Positions 57,601 to 64,000 of a stretch of 64,000 nucleotides of DNA are shown piece after piece; positions within the stretch are counted from its first letter, which is position 1; each line of letters starts with the position of its first letter. The position numbers and the translations under genes are program-made. Source of the DNA: Chitinophagales bacterium (GTDB lineage Bacteria > Bacteroidota > Bacteroidia > Chitinophagales > JADIYW01); contig JAXLUA010000001.1 in assembly GCA_046329805.1 (NCBI GenBank), positions 86,542-150,541 of the forward strand, given 5' to 3'. The notes below the pieces were generated by a model, which saw only the letters and a program-made list of their open reading frames with translations, did no database searches and was not told the DNA's origin.

Positions 57601-60600
57601 AAACAATTAATAACACAGGTATTGAAGTATTTACAATAAATAGACCAGTGGCTGATTTCGTAATAAGCGGGACAGGAACTGTGCCCTCATTGCCAAAAAC
57701 AATAATTGAGTCAACAACAAGAGGTAGTACAACTTTTAGTAAGACGACCAAATTAAACTATGATTCAAAAGGAAGGATAATTAGCAAAATTGATTTCGAT
57801 GGTACAACAAACAAATTAACCACTACTTTTGGATATGATAATTTTGGAAATATTATAACCACTTCATCATCGGGATTTACTACTGGTGTTGGTATTGCAA
57901 CAATTACTAAAAATACTCCATTTAGTTTTGATGGCAGATACTTGCAATCTTCTGAGATACAAAATGTAAAAGGTGTTGAAAATATAGATGCATATGATAA
58001 TAAATGGCAGACGCCCACCTCTATAACCAATGCTTCAACTTATAGGCATACTCAAATAACCTATGATGCTTTTGGAAGAACTGTTAATTTAAAGCCAACT
58101 ATGCCTGGTGGACCGACAACTTATGATATTAATACCAAATATGATTGGAGTACATTGCCGAATAGTATCTATATGGTAACCCAAACCCCTTATGGTATGT
58201 CTGAAACAAGGCAATACTATGATATGTTTAATCGTTTAGTTAGAGAAGAAAAAACAGTAAATGGTAAGACAAAGTTTACCCAAAATACTTATGACGCAAA
58301 AGGGGATATTATAAATATTAAAACTAATGATGCAGATGGGGGTACAATAGAAACAATAAATACCTATGATTTATATCATAGGCTACTCACTAGTTCACCT
58401 ACTATTGGGGCTGCATCTGCTAATACTTATACTGTTTCCTCTAATGGATATACTGTTTCTAGTTCTACTACAGGATATCCATTAAAAATTAGTAAAATAG
58501 ATGCAACAGGAAAAACAACAGAAGTTACCGAAACTGCTGGAACCAATTCGGTTACAAATATATATTCTTATCATGCTAATGGCAGATTATTAAAAGTAAC
58601 TCAGTCAGGAAAAGATTTAGTTGTTTGTGAATACGATGCTAATGGTAATCAAACTAAATTAACCGATATTGATGCCGGTTCAACTTTGTATGAGTATGAT
58701 GCTTTTAGGAATATTACAAAGCAGACCGATGGTAAAAATAATATAACTGAATCCACCTATGACCTTTCTGCAAGACCATCAACAAAGTCTGTTACGGATG
58801 GTGCTAACCCAGGAAATTATCAGACGGTCGATTTGTATAGTTATTATCCTGCAAATTCTAGTGGAGAAGGGTTAGTAAAACAAATTCAACATTTTAATTA
58901 TGCAGAATCAGGTGCTAATATTATTCAGAATTATGAGTATGATGAATATGATAGATTAAAAAAAGAGACTAAAAATTTTGAAGGAACTAATTTTGTCACT
59001 CAATATGAATACGGCGATTATGGTAGGTTAAAAAGCGTAACATATCCAAGTGCTACAGGTATTAACCCTGTTAAAATTTCATATACAACAACTGCTGATG
59101 GTTATGTAACTAATGTGAGTGCTTTAAATGCTGGAGTTTCAAAAACAATTTTAAATACTTCAACAGCTAATAACTATAATGCATTCGACCAGTTAAAATC
59201 CTATTCATTAGGCAATGGATTAAGTAGTCAAACAGATTACAATAAATTGGGTATGCCTACAAGGTATCTGACAAACTCTGTATTTCTTTTTATACCATAC
59301 AGATTACAAGATTTGCAGATGCCAATTTGGGATTTAAATAATGGTAATTTGATGAAAAGAATTGATGCATCAAACAATAACAGACCAACTACAACTGAAG
59401 TTTTTACGTATGATGGTTTTAATAGATTAACTAGTTCTACAGTCGGGACAACAACACTTGGAGTTGGATATGATGCTATTGGCAATATAACAAATAAGTT
59501 TGACGCAGGGACAGAGTATCTTTACAATTCGCCTAAGATACATGCAGTAGAAAACATAAAAAGCAAAATTTATGATTATCCGTTGCCAATTTATCCTCAA
59601 TATCCAAGCAATAACGCCCCTAATGAACGCAGTGATATAAGTGGTGATAAACAGCAAATCATTTATAACGGAATTAACCAGCCATCTTTAATAATAGAAG
59701 GTGGAGGAGTTGGAAGTAATCTTATAAAAAAATTAAAGTATATCTATGATATTGATGGAAATAGAATTAAGAGTATATACACAGAAGAGAATAGTTTAGG
59801 TGTTATTGATGCAAGTAAAACTATAAATCGTTATTATTTGGGTAACTATGAATTTGAAAAGGATGCTAATAACAACATTACTCGCCAACTTAATTATATC
59901 AGTACGCCTGTTGGCTTAACATCAATTTTAGATAAAGAATCTGGACAGGCTGATGCTTATTTCTTTACATATACAGACCACTTAGGTAGCGTTGTTACAG
60001 TTACGGATCAAAATGCCGTACCAGTAGTTTATCAGAGTTTTGATGCATGGGGAAGACCTAGAAGTACATACGACTGGAGTTACAATAATATATCTGCACC
60101 ACCAGCTGCTTTAAACGTAGGCTTCACCGGGCACGAAATGTTATCTAAGTTTGACTTGATAAATATGAACGGTAGATTATATGATCCAAAAGTCGGACGT
60201 ATGTTAGCATCTGATAATTATGTACATGATGCCTTTAATACACAGCATTTTAATCGATATAGTTATGTTTGGAATAATCCTTTAAAATATATAGATATCA
60301 ATGGAGAAGATGGAGATGGTTTTTCTTTTTATATTCCATCTAGTCCAATAAATTGGGACTTCTCAAATATTAACCTTACAATTCCAAGCCCTCAACTCCC
60401 AACAATATATAATCTTGATTATTACAACACGCCACTATTTCCTATTTCTACATTTGGAGGATATAGCTCAAATGCTTGGGGTAATACCGATAATTTTGTT
60501 TGGACTACAAATCAAGCCATAGCTACAGCCAATTCAGTAGTTGGAGATGCTAATGCTGTCAATGCAAGTTTAATGACATACATGAATGGATATACAACAA

Positions 60601-61139
60601 ATGGAGCTGCTGCAACAACTGAATTAGCGACAACAATAAGTTGGGGAGAAATAGGAACAAGTATAGGTGAAGGATTAGCAGCATTGGGTACATTTGCAAC
60701 TTCTGTAACATGGGGGGCTATAGGTATATTAACTAGTGGTGGTAGTTCTGAGCGAAGAGTAGATGATTATGCACCAGCACAGCCAATTACCATTGCGCCA
60801 CCAATTAGTACGACAGGTAATCCTCAATTATATGAACAATATGCATTAGTTGCTACAAGAACAGGTTTATATCCTACAGCATCCTGGGGTGTTCCATTTA
60901 GGGCAGATTTGGCACCTAAAAAGCTAATGTTTGCCGGGGAAGTGTGGAAATATGGAACTACAAAAAATGGAGTTGGCAGATATACAAATTCATTTTATAC
61001 TACCACGGGAATGGGTTTAGATTATGTGACACAATTTTCAGGCACCTTATTACAAGTAAGAGCAGAAGAAGCAACTAAGATTATAAATTATTATTTTTGG
61101 TATGGCGATTTGCCACCGGGAAATAAATGCTTACATTAA
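54660..61139 (+). CDS. SpvB/FG-GAP/RHS-repeat polymorphic toxin (TcB-TcC-like fusion) with variable C-terminal domain
   Basis: Signal peptide. SpvB-like N-terminus ([47 protein letters not shown]). Seven FG-GAP/VCBS motifs (GDFDGDGxTDI) lie at ~55780-56990. YD repeats ([30 protein letters not shown]...) are present. The RHS core ends at [16 protein letters not shown]...[19 protein letters not shown] (60171-60308). Confidence 0.9.
   Translation: [2159 protein letters not shown]
60309..61136 (+). other. C-terminal variable (toxin) region of the RHS protein
   Basis: ~276 aa after the RHS core boundary. It includes a Gly/Ala/Thr-rich hydrophobic stretch ([36 protein letters not shown]) and a terminal ~120-aa globular part with [20 protein letters not shown]. 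Confidence 0.6.
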
Positions 61140-61149
61140 AAGAAATATT

Positions 61150-61647
61150 ATGCTAATAAAAGGTTCATCAGAGACGGGGTATCCATTTGAAGAGTTACGT
61201 GAATATTATTTATATCATTTAGTTTATGACAAAAATGCAATTGATAAGATTACACGAGACTTTATTCCAGATGATTATGAAGAGTTTACAAAAGGTGCTA
61301 TGAGTAAGTCTATTCAAGGGAAAGATTATGGGAAAGATATTGATGAAATATCTGTATTGTTAATATGTAGGCAGGGAGCAAGTGAATTTAAGGTGCGTAA
61401 ACGCCTTTGTATAACAAATAGTAGAATCAATACTCTTGGCATAGATTGCATTTTAAATGTTGCTAAAGCAAATTTGCTCAAAGAAGATGATCTTAAAATA
61501 TATCTCTTGCAAGAGCTAAAAAAGACATTTACATCTATACAGACGTACAAGAAAAAATTAAAGAATTTTAATTTTGATGCTTTTGAAACAGATATTCAAT
61601 CGTTCTTAGATAATGAAATTGAGAGGATTGAAAAGAATAAAAAATAG
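61150..61647 (+). CDS. candidate cognate immunity protein
   Basis: 165-aa ORF that starts 11 nt after the RHS stop, on the same strand. It has no signal peptide. The call rests on position only. Confidence 0.5.
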   Translation: MLIKGSSETGYPFEELREYYLYHLVYDKNAIDKITRDFIPDDYEEFTKGAMSKSIQGKDYGKDIDEISVLLICRQGASEFKVRKRLCITNSRINTLGIDCILNVAKANLLKEDDLKIYLLQELKKTFTSIQTYKKKLKNFNFDAFETDIQSFLDNEIERIEKNKK

Positions 61648-64000
61648 CAGATACAGTTTGAAAATTAGTTCCAAAATATTGCCTTTTAAGATTTATACAG
61701 TATTTGCATTGCTGTTTATTTATAAAAGTAATACAGCTCAAGATTTAGCCGTAAAATTTTATGCAGATTCTCCAAATTCATTTTATATCTATAGCTCCAC
61801 TTTTGATACAATTAGCAATTGTTATTACATGTCTGTTTCAGGTAAAACCTCAAACGACTTTAAAACAGGATTAATAAAACTAGATAAATGTGGAAATATT
61901 ATTTGGTTTAAAAAGTATAAAAATTTGAAAGGTGTAGGTTCTTATTCCTGTTTAGTTATTAAACCCAACATTATTGCAGTAACTACTGTTTATGAAAGTC
62001 TCCAGCCCAATGATAAAGGATCAATACTTTTCATTGATTCAAGTGGTAACATCATTACACAATTAACTACAAAAAGTGCCCACAAACAATTACCCAACCC
62101 ACTAAAGGGGGCTACGATTAATTACATATATTCTGATAATTCAATATATGGGGTGGATAATTCGGGTAATGTAATTTGGTCTAAATTATTGCAAGGCTTA
62201 AATTTAAATGCCTTAAATGCTTTTATATATAGTACCTCAATCAAGAGTAACGGAAATTTATTAATATTGCTGGTTAATGATTCATTACATTATGTTTTAG
62301 AAATAGATAATAGTGGTAGTTTAATAAAGCAATGTAAAGCCAAAACTGCATATAGTCCATATTATTGCTTTTCAGCATATAGTGATGGTATTTATTTGCA
62401 ATATAATGGAAATGGTCTTATTGAAAATTATGGAAAAAGTGTATTGAAATTGGATGATAACTTAAACCTTGTATGGGCGAAAGAATTTTATGCTACAAAT
62501 GGTGTTGATACAATCCCCCCCATATATACCAATAGCTTTAATATACCATTTAGTTTAGATTTTAATGATGGGGTATTTTATGCTGAATTTATGAGCAAAA
62601 TAAATGGACGCTTTGAATATAGTATTGTGGGAATGGATAATAATGACGGGCATGTTTTATCTCATAATTACTTTGAAAGAGGGATTGTCTATTATGTATA
62701 TAATAATCTTATGAGAGGCTTTATATTGGAAGATTCAGTAACAAGACTATATAATCCATCCTTATTAACTGGAAAAGAAAGGATTTTTAATAATTGTTAT
62801 ATGAGATCGGCTAATAATGTTTCCGTAAAAAACGCACAGGCAAATGTTATACTAGAAAATAACTTTGTATTATTGAATGATACATCTGGACTTGAGAAAT
62901 ATTCTTCTTACACTATCGAAGATGGCACAGCAGGGGTGTCTTTTTTATGTTCTCATTTAAATTTAGGGAATGATTCAACTGTATGTAGTTTCAAGAACTA
63001 TTTCTTATATATAACAGATTCAGCACAATTTAAAAGAGTACTCTGGAATACTGGAGATACATTGTTTCATTTGCAGATAACCAAACCCGGGAAATACATT
63101 GCAACTGTATTCAATGATTGTGGATTAAAAGTTTCTGATACTGTGAATATATATCAAACATTTCTAACCAAACATGATACAATATTCAGGTTCTGCAAAG
63201 GTGACACTTTGACTTATAATAATAGTAAATATTATACACAGGGTTCTTTTTTTGATACAATCCATTCAATATCTAATTGCGATACTTTGCAAAAAGTAAT
63301 AGTACAGTTATACCCCAATTATTTATCTGCTTCTTTTGATACTTTATGCGAGGGCGATTTATTTAATAATATTCCGATTTATACTGATACCATATTGTCC
63401 CTACATTTAAATACCATTTATGGGTGTGATAGTATTATTAATCGTAAAATAAAGGTTAATAAAAAATCTAATAGCATTCAGAATATTGAGATATGTAGAT
63501 TTTCTTCGTTTAATGGTGTTACAATTAATAAAGATACTCTTATAAAGAAGGTATTTCTTAATAGGGGTAATTGTGATAGTGTTGTAAGTTATATCATAAA
63601 TGTAAAAGATACAGTTCATGTCTTGTTAGATACTAGTATTTGTACAGGTGATATTTTTTTAGGTAAATATTTAAAGAATGATACCACAATACAATTGATA
63701 AATAAAAATGCAAATAATTGTGATAGTATTACTATTTATCATGTTTTGGTAAAAAGATTAAAAGAAGCAATAGTTAATGCATCAGTATGTAGAGGTGTCC
63801 AATATGTTTTACCCAATGGGAAACATGTAAATCAGACAGGAATATATAAAGATACTACTACAAATAATATTGGTTGTGATAGTGTAATAATTACAAATCT
63901 TAGTGTTCAAGATCCAATTCCAGTTATTCAAAGTATTTCAATTTGTGATGGACAAAGTTACATATTGCCCAATGGAGGTAAGGTAAAAACAGCAGGTATT
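61613..64000 (+). CDS. large secreted adhesin-like protein with repeated Cys-containing (N/G)CDS(I/V) modules; 3' end outside the window
   Basis: Hand translation shows an uninterrupted frame from ATG 61613 (MKLRGLKRIKNSRYSLKISSKILPFKIYTVFALLFIYKSNTAQD, signal peptide) to the window end (796 codons). It is absent from the supplied ORF track. Modules such as ...NCDTLQKVIVQLYP, GCDSIINRKIKVN, NCDSVVSYIINVKD and GCDSVIITNLSVQD resemble the C-proximal part of the 17294-24169 adhesin. Confidence 0.75.
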   Translation, partial: MKLRGLKRIKNSRYSLKISSKILPFKIYTVFALLFIYKSNTAQDLAVKFYADSPNSFYIYSSTFDTISNCYYMSVSGKTSNDFKTGLIKLDKCGNIIWFKKYKNLKGVGSYSCLVIKPNIIAVTTVYESLQPNDKGSILFIDSSGNIITQLTTKSAHKQLPNPLKGATINYIYSDNSIYGVDNSGNVIWSKLLQGLNLNALNAFIYSTSIKSNGNLLILLVNDSLHYVLEIDNSGSLIKQCKAKTAYSPYYCFSAYSDGIYLQYNGNGLIENYGKSVLKLDDNLNLVWAKEFYATNGVDTIPPIYTNSFNIPFSLDFNDGVFYAEFMSKINGRFEYSIVGMDNNDGHVLSHNYFERGIVYYVYNNLMRGFILEDSVTRLYNPSLLTGKERIFNNCYMRSANNVSVKNAQANVILENNFVLLNDTSGLEKYSSYTIEDGTAGVSFLCSHLNLGNDSTVCSFKNYFLYITDSAQFKRVLWNTGDTLFHLQITKPGKYIATVFNDCGLKVSDTVNIYQTFLTKHDTIFRFCKGDTLTYNNSKYYTQGSFFDTIHSISNCDTLQKVIVQLYPNYLSASFDTLCEGDLFNNIPIYTDTILSLHLNTIYGCDSIINRKIKVNKKSNSIQNIEICRFSSFNGVTINKDTLIKKVFLNRGNCDSVVSYIINVKDTVHVLLDTSICTGDIFLGKYLKNDTTIQLINKNANNCDSITIYHVLVKRLKEAIVNASVCRGVQYVLPNGKHVNQTGIYKDTTTNNIGCDSVIITNLSVQDPIPVIQSISICDGQSYILPNGGKVKTAGI

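Noticed and set aside
54910-59657. Minus-strand and off-frame ORFs of 60-90 aa inside the RHS gene.
   Set aside because: They are embedded in a continuous 2159-aa ORF with coherent domain architecture. They are shadow ORFs.
41879-64000. Search by eye for an integrase gene and for a direct repeat of the tRNA-Val 3' end (ggttcgaacccgtgtgcgcccacca) that would mark the other island boundary.
   Set aside because: Neither was found within the window, so no attL/attR pair or integrase is reported. The right boundary remains undefined.

Overview
Low-GC, Bacteroidota-type chromosome segment. The taxon call rests on a T9SS type-B CTD adhesin + PorP/SprF + OmpA operon, a TAnnTTTG-type promoter box, and an RND/TetR efflux operon. 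Positions 1-41.6 kb are mostly core genes: thiolase + FadB-like beta-oxidation pair, thrS-infC-rpmI-rplT, a 2291-aa adhesin operon, an efflux operon, a LolE-like permease, cysteine desulfurase, and two-component proteins. At a tRNA-Val gene (41801-41878) the content switches to an accessory, mobilisable island that runs to at least the window end. It holds an excisionase-type HTH, two paralogous TPR-HEPN proteins (one clipped at its 3' end by an IS30-family element), and an RtcR-like CARF/sigma-54 activator. A textbook sigma-54 promoter diverges from that activator and points into a repeat-bearing ~540-nt leader plus two membrane-protein genes. Downstream are a T4 coupling protein, a relaxase and accessory protein, a 2159-aa SpvB/FG-GAP/RHS toxin with a candidate immunity gene, and a further adhesin-like ORF that runs off the window and is missing from the ORF track. 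The most interesting candidate for an undescribed system is the HEPN / RtcR-like / sigma-54 promoter / membrane-protein module at 42.6-51.3 kb, which has no rtcA/rtcB in the window. All functional calls come from reading motifs by eye. No database search was possible.
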